Shown here: one piece after another, positions 27,046 to 39,171 of the stretch
Layout: each line of letters begins with the position of its first letter
How positions within the stretch are numbered: position 1 is the first letter of the stretch
Assembly: GCF_006345805.1 (NCBI RefSeq)
Contig: NC_042997.1
Location: 30,566,001 to 30,630,000, forward strand
Reading direction: 5' to 3'
Source: Octopus sinensis
Taxonomy: Eukaryota
DNA: 64,000 bases
The notes under the pieces: model-generated
The model's input: the letters and a program-made list of their open reading frames with translations, nothing else
The model's database searches: none
Told to the model about the DNA's origin: nothing
Made by a program: the position numbers and the translations under genes

Positions 27046-27468
27046 AAGGATTATTAATAGTTGTTATACTTAATAGTTATTAAACTTATTATCATTACAT
27101 TAAGGCTAAAAGCGATGGTAGATCGTCAGAGCGTCAATAAAAATATTTTATAGTGCTTATTCTAGCTCTCTATGTTCTGAGTCCAAATCCTACTGAAGTT
27201 ATATCTTTACCTTTCATTCAATAGAATTAAATAAACCCCCTACTCTCAAAATTGTTGGCCTTCTGCATAAATCAGAAATCATTTACTATCTATCCCGTTT
27301 CATCAGATTTTGAGCTTCTGTTCTTCTATTTATATTTATGGGTTTACAAGAATAAGTACCAGTCATATCCCCAATCGATATTTTGTGGTCAGTTTCAGAA
27401 GTATAATACTCAGCAACTTAGGAAGATAAGATTTTATTTATACACTCTATCGCTTCTATCTTTTACAG

Positions 27469-27610
27469 CACAGTAAATCATTTCCTCGTTTGCATCATGG
27501 CGTGCCATATTCAGCATTGAAACCTGTGAGTACAGGGTACTTACCACCAATGATATACAAATGGATGGATGTTGTAGAAAAAGAATGCTCAAATAAATGC
27601 GGTACTGGAG
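27469..27610 (+). CDS. ADAMTS exon: linker and start of TSR2 (HSKSFPR...YKWMDVVEKECSNKCGTG)
   Basis: Acceptor cttttacag, donor gtaagt; Y-W......CS--CG-G motif; phase 0-1. Confidence 0.88.
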
Positions 27611-27748
27611 GTAAGTAAAGTTCTGGTTAGCGTACAACAACTGTAATGTCACATTGTTCTTTCTTTTTATTTAAATTTTATATGAGATCTTTCAAATACT
27701 ATCGCAAAAAATCATGCATCACTTCTGAAGCTCAGTAAAAGAAGGATG

Positions 27749-27811
<63 letters not shown>

Positions 27812-27898
27812 TATTAGAGACAAAACCACTATTTTGCAAAACAAACAAGGAAAGACTTAATCAATACATAAAATTTTAATAAATAGTCAAAAAAACCG

Positions 27899-27941
27899 CC
27901 ACTACAATTGTTTCTTGTCTTGATCGACAATCTTCAGGTGG
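27899..27941 (-). ncRNA. Minimal type I hammerhead ribozyme motif, canonical core
   Basis: Minus strand reads CCAC-CTGAAGA-TTGTC(GATCAA)GACAA-GAAA-CAATTG-TA|GTGG: stems I and II pair perfectly, stem III is the palindrome ACAATTGT, cleavage triplet GUA. Confidence 0.85.
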
Positions 27942-28260
27942 ACTTCCAATCTAAAATATCAATATTTTAAAATATAAAAATAATAATTTTAAAATAATTA
28001 AAGTATGAATGAAAAAATATAAATATATAATCCATATATAACCTATATATAATCCATATATAATCAATATATAAACAATATATAAACTAAAATAAACCTA
28101 TCAACAATTAAATATAAAATATAAAATATAAAATATAAAACAAAACAAAAAAATAATAATAATATAATAATAAACTATATATACACCCATACACATATAC
28201 CTAATTATATATAACCATATCTAACTACATACACTAAATCACACCCCTATATATATATAT

Positions 28261-28311
<51 letters not shown>

Positions 28312-28312
<1 letters not shown>

Positions 28313-28559
28313 ATTATGGAATGGAGTATGGAAAACCAGGCTACATATATTTCATAGGGAGTGGAACCTCAGAAGTGGTAAAATCCACATGAGGTGTATA
28401 CCGCCGGTTACTCTTCAGGCCAATTAACTATATCTTGATTAGATATCCTTGGCCTGAATAGTAGCCGGTGATATACACCTCACTTAGATTTTACCACTTC
28501 TGTGGTTCCACTCGCTAAGATATATGTAGCCCGGATTTCCCACATTCCATTCCGTAATT
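28312..28559. repeat. About 250-bp foldback (112-bp arms, 25-nt loop)
   Basis: Arm 28312-28423 matches the reverse complement of 28449-28559 at roughly 80% by eye. Confidence 0.9.
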
Positions 28560-28765
28560 CTTGTATTCTTTTTCGCACAATCGGCAACCCTGGTTGCCTG
28601 TCGAGGAATACAATAACTTTCTTCAGCTCATAAAAGGGGGGAAATCCGCAACCTTGCGTCTCAATAAACTACTATTGTTCCTGAAAGTTGTTTTTTTTTA
28701 TATATATATATTCACTACGAATTGCTCCAAGCTAACTTTCTTCCTACACCTCAATCCCTGGATCT

Positions 28766-28848
<83 letters not shown>

Positions 28849-28959
28849 ATCTTAGTGAAATAATCAAGATGATCATTGATGTAATAGTTTTTATTTCAAT
28901 ATTAGTCCTACGGTTGGATCAACCATTTCATTTTATTTGAACACTCGATTCAAAATGCC

Positions 28960-29965
28960 ACACAGGCAGCAGAGACTACTTACAATACCCATCAAGTATT
29001 TGGTAAGGGAGCTATTAGGGAACACACAGCTCAGCGTTGATCCTTAAAATTTTCAGTTGAAGATGAGATTCTTAAAAATCGGGGAAATCACAGACGACTT
29101 TCTGCGATTGATAACGATCAATTTGGAGCCATTTTTGAAGCGGCCCCACGCAAAGCAAATTCCGAGGTTGCAGAAGAACTGAATGTTAGATATTCGACTG
29201 TTGTTCGATATTTTATTCCACATTGGAAATTCAATAGTATTCGACAAGTGGGCGCCAAATCAACTGAATGAAAATCAAAAATATAGCTATTATAAAATCT
29301 GATCTATTCTTCTTTTGTTCAACAATAGCGATCCATTCCTGATTGCGTTGTGACAAAAATGGCTTCTATGTGACGGCATTCCAGCCTGTGATTGGAGCAA
29401 AGTAAATAACCAGAACCCTTTCCCAAACTAAAGATGAATCAGAACTTTATGGTTACTATCTGGTAGTTGCTAGTGAAATCAAATGCATCTATTTTTTTTT
29501 TTTTTTTTGTTATAAATCCTGGCGAATCCATTACAACGGAACCAGAAAATCAACAAAATGCGCCGTGAACATAAAATGTCTACTTTTTGCAGTGATCAAT
29601 CAAAGAAGACCAATTCTTCTCTATGGCAACACCCAACTATATATCGCAAATTACTATACAAGAATTAAATTCAACCTTACTCAGTTAACTCCGCAGTCTT
29701 CTCTATAACCATCTACCACTTTTTCATGCAGCCTAGTAATTTCCTTCAAAAGAAAGTTTTCAACAACTAAACAGCGGTTCAAAATATCTCTGAAGAATTG
29801 GTCGGTTGCAGGATTCTGGTTTTTTAAGCTATTGGAATAAAAAGATTTGTTTCTGTTTTGGGCAAAAACATGTAGATTGCAATGGTTCTTTCGATTAACA
29901 AAATATACTTTGATATGAGATACGTTGCTTCCAAGTTGACGGTTAAAAACGGCAATTATTAAGCA
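28960..29965 (+). mobile_element. Decayed mariner element
   Basis: Frameshifted fragments ..IDNDQ..VAEELNVRYSTVVR.., DKWAPNQLNENQK, CVDCNGS and TIR-like AAAACGGCAATTA. Confidence 0.8.
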
Positions 29966-30290
29966 ACGGCTTCTTTATATATACATGAGTGTGTGTGTGT
30001 ATGCACCCCTGCCTATATTCATGTATATACATATATATTTGTGTTTGTTTACATATATGCATATAAATTTTTACTCATATATATAAATACACACACACAC
30101 ACACACATTACGACCTAGATAGCTAAGAAATAACTGATGATAAGATTAAGTATACAAAGTCACCAATCTTATAAATAAATCATAATGTAAATATTATGTA
30201 ACATTAATTTTCTCAGTCTGTAAAAAAAGCGGTGTTTCAAACATTAGATTTACGTTTCTTCACAACATATGTACTAATTCAAATTTGTAT

Positions 30291-30673
30291 GGAGGCGCAA
30301 CGGCCCAGTGGTTAGGGCAACGGACTTGCGGTCATAGGATCGCGGTTTCGATTCCAAGACCGGGCGTTGTGAGTGTTTATTGAGCGAAAACACCTAAAGC
30401 TCCACGAGGCTCCGGCAGGGGATGATGGTGATCCTTGCTGTACTCTTTCACCACAACTTTCTCTCACTCTTACTTCCTGTTTCTGTTGTACCTGTATTTC
30501 AAAGGGCCGGCCTTGTCACTCTCTGTGCCACGCTGAATATCCCCGAGAACTACGTTAAGGGTACACGTGTCTGTGGAGTACTCAGCCACTTACACGTTAA
30601 TTTCACGAGCAGGCTGTTCCGTTGATTCGGATCAACCGGAACCCTCGTCGTCGTAACCGACGGAGTGCTTCCA
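30291..30673 (+). mobile_element. SINE family C, tail type 2
   Basis: Near-identical to 23280-23662; TSD AATTCAAATTTGT (30276-30288 and 30678-30690). Confidence 0.9.
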
Positions 30674-30793
30674 TTCCAATTCAAATTTGTGTATATTTCG
30701 GGGGGGGGGGGTTAGTGGTGGGAGCATATTTTGTTTGGTTTTGCTTCTTTCTAATTTATTTATAACCTGTATTAATATTTCTTACTGTTCTAG

Positions 30794-30923
30794 GTGAACG
30801 TATAATAAATAATAAATGTAAATCTGTATGGACAAAAGAGGTGGTGAATTCAACTTTATGTCGTTCCTTACCAAGGCCAGCACCTCGAAAGTTTAAATGT
30901 CCCAGGAAAGAATGTCCACCCAG
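30794..30923 (+). CDS. ADAMTS exon: TSR2 3' part (ERIINNKCKSVWTKEVVNSTLCRSLPRPAPRKFKCPRKECPP)
   Basis: Acceptor ctgttctag, donor gtaagt; four TSR cysteines; phase 1-2 bridges its neighbours. Confidence 0.92.
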
Positions 30924-30972
30924 GTAAGTACATACACACACACATATATCATCGACAGACAGACAGATAGAC

Positions 30973-31065
<93 letters not shown>

Positions 31066-31071
31066 CATGGA

Positions 31072-31519
31072 TATTCAAGTAAAATCATGTCTAATACGTT
31101 CGAGTACACTTGGACGTGAGATCTTTCGCTGCGAAAAGAGTCTCGGAGAAAACATTTTCCGAGGCGATGTGTGTAAAAACACATTGGCCTTTGAATGACG
31201 TCATTGAATGGCAGAAAGCTTGCATTTCTGCGTTGTTATGCGTCATCCGCTACGAATACAGAATCTGTATTTTTACCGTCGTAAGTAATGATTCGTTCTT
31301 ATATTAGAACAGACAGACAGAGCATTCGCCGAATTGTTTTGGCTGATAACTCGTAACAACACAGAATCGCATACGTCCTGCAATTCCAATGATATCATTC
31401 AAAGCCTAATGTCTTTTCATGCGTGTAGTCTAGGAGAATTTTCTCCCGAGACTATTTCCACCGCGATAGGTCTTCCCACGTTCGCATCCGAATGTGTTAA
31501 ATATGACTTCACGCGAATA
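31072..31519. repeat. About 450-bp old foldback (180-bp arms) with internal palindromes
   Basis: Arm 31072-31250 aligns to the reverse complement of 31342-31519. Confidence 0.8.
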
Positions 31520-31540
31520 CATTCTACTCAACGCTGCATC

Positions 31541-31576
<36 letters not shown>

Positions 31577-32017
31577 TTGATAATATAAGCTTGAGCATCG
31601 CATTCCTGAAAACATGATCGTTTGTCACACTGGCAAAACTTTTGATCATAGGTCGCACCAAATATGACTCTCCTGGGACTAAACAACAACCATTATTGTC
31701 TTTAACTCAAGCTCAGTCCTTTTCAGTTAGACCTACGATCAAAGATGTTTCCACTCTTAACAATTACATCTTCTGTTAAGACATAATGTATCTAGGAGTA
31801 CATTATCTAATATGCTGTTCCCTATTTTTTCAGATGATAGTATGCGATCTGGAGTGAAGATTTAGTCGCTATTTCTTATAGATCAATTACCACATATAAG
31901 AACACGTTTATTGGCTGATTAATTAGTTAGTTGGTGTTGTTGGGTTTGAAGACGTTTCTAATCGAAGAATCGTCTTGAGACTATCTCTAACATTGTTTTT
32001 ATTACCATCCCTAATAT

Positions 32018-32083
32018 ATGTTTCTGAATAGCGCATTCTGGACTACAATAATGTTTCTGAATAGCGCATTCTGGACTACAATA
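32018..32083. repeat. Perfect 33-bp tandem duplication
   Basis: ATGTTTCTGAATAGCGCATTCTGGACTACAATA twice. Confidence 0.95.
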
Positions 32084-32525
32084 TCTAAAACAATTTTCCG
32101 TTTATAAGACGATAAACTGTAGTTAGTGAGACATTTGGTTTTTGTTTCTGAAAAGCAAATATGCAAAAAAGCTCCAGCGCTGCCTTACAATCCTTATATA
32201 ACATATAACACATGGCAACATATGATACCGTCGTCATGGAAAAGCGGCAGGAAACGAAAGTAAAATTGATATAACTACATAAATTTATATATACATGTTT
32301 ATATATATATGTATGTATATATGCATAATGAAGCCAAATAAGGCTTGTGGTGTATGTATACATGTGTGTGTATTTATGCATGTGTGTATATATAATTTAT
32401 ATAATGTTGCATGATTTATATATAATATGCTTTATTTAAAAAGCAACAGAAATATCACAAAAACTGCAGAGTTTCACGTTTACGTTCATCAGACAACAGT
32501 GTTTGAGATATTGCTGCTGCTTTTA

Positions 32526-32561
<36 letters not shown>

Positions 32562-32634
32562 TATTTTATATGTAATATATGTATATATAATGTTATATGG
32601 TAACATTTATGACTAACTGATTTAATCCTTCTAG

Positions 32635-32842
32635 ATGGGTAGCAGGAGCATGGACTCTCTGTTCCAAGAAATGCGGCACGGGAAAACAAAAACGCAAGCT
32701 CTATTGTAAACAGAAAACAGCGTTGGGTTTCGACAAACATATCCAGAAGGAGCTGTGCCTTAAACTGAAGAAGCCAGTACGTTCGCGTAACTGCAACAAC
32801 CAGCCTTGCAAAGCTAAATGGCGTGCTAGTAAATGGTCTTCG
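32635..32842 (+). CDS. ADAMTS exon: TSR3 (WVAGAWTLCSKKCGTGKQKRKLYC...CNNQPCKAKWRASKWSS)
   Basis: Acceptor ccttctag, donor gtaagt; phase 2-0. Confidence 0.95.
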
Positions 32843-33451
32843 GTAAGTAAAGAAACGTATATGTTTATTGTTATATTAATTACTAAATATATTCACGTTT
32901 GCTCTAAGAATAACTTAAACAGGTACCGAATTGACTACAAGATATCATAGGCAGTTGAGTTACCTATTTCTTTACTACCCACAAGGGGCTAAACACAGAG
33001 GGGACAAACAGGGACAGACAAAGGGATTAAGTCGATTACATCAACCCCAGTGCGTAACTGGTACTTAATTCATCGACCCGAAAGGAAGCATTTCGCCCGG
33101 CGTGCTAACGTTTCTACAGATTTATAATCAGTTGTGATCTCGCGGTCGAGTGATTAGCCCTGACCATCGACACAATTTGAAACATTAAGAAAAGGCATTT
33201 TATTTTACCGGCCCTGGTTGGATGAAAGCCAAAATTGGCCTCGGTGAGGCTTAAACTCAAAGCGCTGAGATCCAGAACAAATACCTTAAAGCACCTTATC
33301 CCACAATCTAACGAATCTGCTAACGAATTTGCTACTCTTAATCCTTCATACGATAAATGAACGGACCTTCTAAAATGTGTTGTTAAAACATGGAATAAGG
33401 TTTTTGAGCCAGAACGTTAAGCTCAACATGCAATTTGACAACAGCTACACA

Positions 33452-33952
33452 AGTGGTGGTGGTGGTGGTGGTGGTGGTGGTGGTGGGTGGTGGTGGTGGC
33501 GGTGGTGGTGGTGGTGGCGGCGGCGGCGGCGGCGTGGCGGTGGCGGCGTGGCGGCGTGGCGGTTATGGTGGTATTGATGGTAGTGATGTAGTGATAGTGG
33601 TGGTGGTGGTGGTGGTGGCGGCGTTAGTGGTGGCGGTGGTGGTGTGGTGGCGGCGGCGGTGGCGTGGCGGTGGCGTGGCGGTGGTATTGATGGTAGTGAT
33701 GTAGTGATAGTGGTGGTGGTGGCGGCGTTAATGGTGGCGGTGGTGGTGTGGTGGTGGTGGCGGCGTTAGTGGTGGTGGCGGCGGCGGCGGCGGCGGCGGT
33801 GGCGTGGCGGTGGCGTGGCGGTGGCGTGGCGGTGGCGTGGCGGTGGCGTGGCGGTGGTATTGATGGTAGTGATGTAGTGATAGTGGTGGTGGTGGTGGTG
33901 GTGGCGGCGTTGGTGGTGGCGGTGGTGGTGGTGGTGGTGGTGGTGGTGGCGG

Positions 33953-33983
<31 letters not shown>

Positions 33984-33995
33984 GGTGGCGGTTAT
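33452..33995. repeat. (GGT/GGC)n G-rich array with a three-copy internal unit
   Basis: GGTATTGATGGTAGTGATGTAGTGATAGTGG three times, plus GGCGGTGGCGT runs. Confidence 0.95.
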
Positions 33996-34105
33996 GGTGT
34001 TTTTATATGTTGTTGTTTTATTGCTCTTGATATTTCGTTTTTTGTTCGTTTTCTTTTCTTTTCTGTCACAAATCTTCTTCTTCTTCTTCTTCGCTGTGAT
34101 TTCAG

Positions 34106-34300
34106 TGTTCTGTTACATGTGGTAAAGGCTACAAAAGAAGACGCGTTGATTGTATGCAAAAAGTGAACAGACGGTGGACGGCGATGCCCGAGACTGTGTG
34201 TTCACACTCCCATAAACCTCAGTCAACCAGAACGTGTAGAACCCGCAAGAAATGCCCCAAAACTAAAAGGTACCAATGGGTGGCCTCTGCTTGGGGTGAA
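34106..34300 (+). CDS. ADAMTS exon: TSR4 (CSVTCGKGYKRRRVDC...RYQWVASAWGE)
   Basis: Acceptor gatttcag, donor gtaagt; CSVTCG motif; 195 nt, phase 0-0. Confidence 0.95.
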
Positions 34301-34399
34301 GTAAGTAAATTTCTTTTCTTGAATACAAACACACATACAAAAAAGCACAGACATATTATGTATATATATGTGAATACTTATATAAATAAAATACACATA

Positions 34400-34811
34400 G
34401 GCGTAGGAGTGGCTGTGTGGTAAGTAGCTTGTTTACCAACCACATGGTTCCAGGTTCAGTCCCACTGCGTGGCACCTTGGGCAAATGTCTTCTACTATAG
34501 CCTCGGGCCGACTAAAGCCTTGTGAGTGGATTTGGTAGACGGAAACTGAAAGAAGCCCGTTGTATATATGTCGTTGTATATAAGTATATATATATGTATA
34601 TATATGCGTGTGTGTGTTTGTGTGTCTGTGTTTGTCCCTCTAGCTGGTGTGTTTATGTTCCCGTTACTTAGCGGTTCGGCAAAAGAGACCGATAGAATAA
34701 GTACTGGGCTTACAAAAGAATAAGTCCTGGGGTCGAGTTGCTCGATTAAAGGTGGTGCTCCGGCATGGCCGCAGTCAAATGACTGAAAACGAGTAAAAGA
34801 GAATAAAAGAG
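34400..34811 (+). mobile_element. SINE family A, full length
   Basis: Same head and tail. Confidence 0.9.
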
Positions 34812-35199
34812 AAATACTCACAATATATGAATGTATACACACACACACACAGATGTATATATACAGTTGAAGGCGTCTGTTGATAACCACGAAGTTGGCC
34901 ATACTCCGTAAAAGTGTACTTAATGCATGAAAAGTAGAATTCGAGTGATAATTTAATATGATTAGAGCCTCCATCGGAGAAAGTTGACCATATATCTGCA
35001 CGTGTATGCGTAGTCCTGAGCAAGATTTTTGTGAGGGAGAATGATAGTCGCCTATGCATGCAAGTTTCCTCGCTCTCCACACCACTTAGGGCAAAGGCCA
35101 CCGTGTTAAGCCGATGCAGCTTCGCATCAGTGTCATCGCGGATTTTCTTGTCACAACGCAAAGAGCTGGAACAGATGCCGCAGGGCATCACACCCAGTT

Positions 35200-35580
35200 C
35201 TCTCATCCTTAACTCATCACCAGATTTTGGTATTGGGAGCTACGCCAATTGCCGGTCTGGTTATCACAACATAGTCCCGAAGGTTCCACCCTCCTCATCG
35301 AAAATCAAAACTTCGTGCTACAATGTCTAGATGTGAAACGCATACAACTTTTTAATATCTTGTTAAAGAAACTGAGAAATCCACATGGCGTGGCTGCAGA
35401 AATATTAAAAAGGCAGCTGGATAATCTGCTATCTGGAATTCATGACGAACCATCATCACGGCAAGAAACGCTGCTGAGGACAGCGGCATCAAACTTTTTC
35501 CTTCACCAAAAGTTAAGAACTGCAGGAATACCACTTGCATAGGTGGAGCTCCTGCATGGCCACAACCCTTGCGTGGGTAC
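35200..35580 (+). mobile_element. CR1/L2-type LINE 3' end, same family as 16440
   Basis: IVPKVP..QLFNILLKKLRN..KRQLDNLLS..DEPSSRQE..AASN..LHQ, UTR GGTGGAGCTCCTGCATGGCCAC; clade assignment approximate. Confidence 0.7.
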
Positions 35581-35610
35581 TACTAATATATATATATATA
35601 TATATATATA

Positions 35611-37173
35611 TTAACAACCGTTTAACTCAGCTCCACATGACTCAGAGTTTCGTGAGCGCGTAGGTCACGTCCGGCTCACGAGATATTAGAAGAGTGAGAA
35701 ATTTGAGACAATTTAAAGATGGCTTCTAGGTGTTAGGCTTCTGTTCGATAGATCAGGTCACGTGGTATTAATATTGTGGAAGTAACACCAGCTATTTTCT
35801 TTACTTTTGGGCCCTCGTATCTTTCAATGTCGAATTCCCTCCTCCTGAAACCCTTAGACTTCAGTAAGCAATTCACCAAAATAAGCTTGCACTATATTAG
35901 AAGAATCTCTAATCTACTCTAATTTGTCATCGAACAGGGCCACTCCTACTATAACAAGGCATTAGTAAAGAGTAGATTCACCGTTAAGTTAGTATATTTA
36001 GTGAGGATCTCTACTCTCGAACGCGAAGACAGCCGGAAAGAGAGAGATAATCCGGTTCAATTTTCTATTCAGTCTCAAAATTTCAACTGATATAGCTTGG
36101 AACTTCCTAACGCTAACTAAAAATATTTCCCAAGAAACCATAAGTATTATAAACTCTTCAACCTCCATAATGTTAGTTACTCTTGCTTATACAAAAGCAC
36201 TTCGAACACCGCATGCTACAATAGACGTAAGCACGCACACATACACAGCCACCAATTCCCATTCCAGTCTGTAACTTCCGAAATTCTACTAACTAACCAC
36301 TGGGAGTATGCTACCTCTCAAAGGCTCTAGTCTATAGAGACATCTTCACACATTCTCACAAGACATTAGACAGGTATGACAGCCAATGATTTTAAAGGAA
36401 GATATACACAGCACATGCACTCCTTCTGGTGCAGAGACGAGGAAACTCATCTTCCTGTCCTGCTTCATCTAGAGACTCTGCAACCATCATCTTTGAAGTA
36501 CAACTGATAGTACCTCTTCTTATTCAGCTTGAACTCGCAATTGCCGACTCGGTCTCTACAAGAGACTTCACATACTTCACCAGCCTGCAATATCCATTAA
36601 CAGGTTGAATGAACTAACGTATAGTTGCCACTAGAGGCAACTGACAATCCAGATATCCCACCCTAGACCTGACTGTCCCATACGCAAGGGCAGGGTACTT
36701 AATCGCTACTGTCCGTATACACTACAGTCCATCTATGTTGATCATCCAACATCCCTTATAACCCTACACCATCAAATATGATTACTCCCAACTAATGATT
36801 GTTGCCGCTAATGTGTTAATACTCTACTGAACTATGACTTGACTGGCGCCAACATACCATCCTACCATGTACGGTTTCCAATACAAGGAACTGATATTGC
36901 TAAATACACTATACTGCAGCCTGCCACCAAAATAACACCAGCATCCTGCTAAGATTCTGTCCGAGCAAGTGCATCTAAAAATAAGGAAAATAGCTGGTGT
37001 CAATTTCCCATTAATACCACGTGAGCTGAGCTGACAATAGAGGCCCTAACGCCTAGAAGCCACCTTGATTTGTTTACTCAGATATCTCACTCTTCTCCTA
37101 ACATTTCATGAGATGGACGTGTCCTACGCGCCCACGAAACTAAGTTATGTGGAGCTAAGTCAAATTGTTACTA
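35611..37173 (+). mobile_element. Decayed Penelope-like element with inverted terminal repeats and a GIY-YIG remnant
   Basis: About 200-bp inverted arms 35611-35808 and 36977-37173; GVCYLSKALVYR and GMTANDFKGRYTQHMHSF at 36303-36426 with a frameshift. Confidence 0.75.
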
Positions 37174-37632
37174 AAAATATATGTAACTCCTACCAAATGT
37201 CTCGAGTGTCACTTTCTTTCGTTTGGACACTCACACGTGTGTGAGGTGGGCAGAAAAATTGCATAACTGCAGGCTTTAAGTTCCATGTCGAAACATTTGT
37301 GTTTCAAAACACCACGTGTCATCCGTACATCACTACACCTACCTGAAACACACCTGTTTGTCAGGAAACAATGTTTGCCGGTGTACGGAGTTGGTATGTA
37401 GTTTTTTTTTCAGATATTTAAAGCTTTACAATAGATTGAGTACTCAAGCTTTGTCAGACTAACGATACACGCTCATACATACATACATACATACATATGT
37501 ATATATATATACGTGTCCAAACATATGCACATGTATTTTGTGTGCATTTACATGTGTACATATAGGTGTGTGTGTGTATGTGTGTGTGTGCACGTTTATA
37601 TATGTACATATACACGTGTATGTATACGTGTA

Positions 37633-37990
37633 CTAGGTGCGTTGAATAAATTGTCGTCTAAATTACACAAAAATGAAAATGACAGACATCTCGCAGATAT
37701 ATTTACCAAAATTACATAAAAGTATCTTGAAATACTAAAGAGTAAATTTGTTCAATAAAATCGCCATTGGCTTCAACCACGACCTCCAAACGACTTCGGA
37801 TTCTCCTGCAACTCTTCTGGACGGTTTGCTTGTTTAAGTGGGTGAATGCTGCTTGAATCCTTGCCTTCAGTTCATTTTTGGTGTTACAAAGAATTTCGTT
37901 GGTCTCTCGCTCAACTGCGCCCCACACATAATAATCAATGGGCTTGCAGTCTGGGGAATTAGGTGAGTTAAGCCTCCAGTTGCACTGGGA
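37633..37990 (-). mobile_element. Tc1/mariner-superfamily transposase 3' remnant
   Basis: PNSPDCKPIDYYVWGAVERETN..RSRLEVVVEANGDFIE. Confidence 0.85.
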
Positions 37991-38265
37991 CCATCAAGTG
38001 CAGAGTTTCAAACACCCACACTGGTGAAACGAACGTAGGAACAAATGTTATAAATGTGCGTTCAACGTAATCTCTCACATAAACATATATATAAGTTTAT
38101 ATTCATATATATATGTATATATATATGCACACCACACACATATATATGTGTGTGTAGTGCAATTTAGACCTTAAAATTGCACGACAGCGGGTATTTAGAA
38201 CTCCGTGTGTGTATTCCCGCTCGTGTAACTAAATATTTTACAAACATTTCCCTATGTTTTGTTTT

Positions 38266-38540
38266 AAACATACATACATACATACATACATACATACACA
38301 CCCACACACACACACATACATACATACATACATACACACACACCCACACACACACACACATACATACATACATACACATACATACATACATACATACATA
38401 CATACATACATACATACATACATACATACATACATACACACACACACATACATACATACATACACACATACACACACACATACATACATACATACACACA
38501 TACACACACACATACATACATACATACATACATACATACA
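38266..38540. repeat. (ACAT)n/(AC)n microsatellite
   Basis: Direct inspection. Confidence 0.95.
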
Positions 38541-39171
38541 AGTGCTTACACTGTTCCTTTACCAAGCATAGTGTGTCGGAAATATGACCATAATTCATTC
38601 GTTGTGTTTTGTTTTCGTATTCTATCGCTGATACTTATTACTCCAACTGAATTTGATATGGGAAAGTATCAGAGACGAAAGTCAATGCCTTGTATATATA
38701 TATGCACTGAAACTTAGAAAAGACGAACGCATCAATTTTAAAACGAAATGTTGAGTTAGTGAAGAAAACTTCATAATGAGGAGAAATACAAGAAGCGTGA
38801 AGATTTTGTACGGTTTCAGTCGTAACATTTTAAGAATTTAATCTATGAACGCAAAATTCTTCACAATGTATTTTTAAATGGGTTACAGTTCTGTTTTCAC
38901 AATCACACGCAGTTGGCAAGCGGTGGCAGAGGGACACATACATGCATACACACAGACACATACATACATACATACATACATACATAGTTACGTACGTACA
39001 TACATACATACAATTTATATTTAACCTCACTTAAACATAGATGTTCTGTTAGAACAAACTGTACTGCGGTAGGTACCATGAGAGAAACACTTATATTGCT
39101 TTTAGGATAAAATGCACTCTTGTTCATATCGCTAGCGAGGAGAAAAGTCCCCGCCACCTCCAGGGACAACA

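Noticed and set aside
28561-28630. Minus-strand CTGAAGA...GAAA as a second hammerhead
   Set aside because: Stem II does not close and there is no stem III or NUH site
33560-33900. Thrice-repeated 31-mer as a CRISPR-like array
   Set aside because: Spacers are GGY low-complexity sequence, there are no cas genes, and the context is eukaryotic
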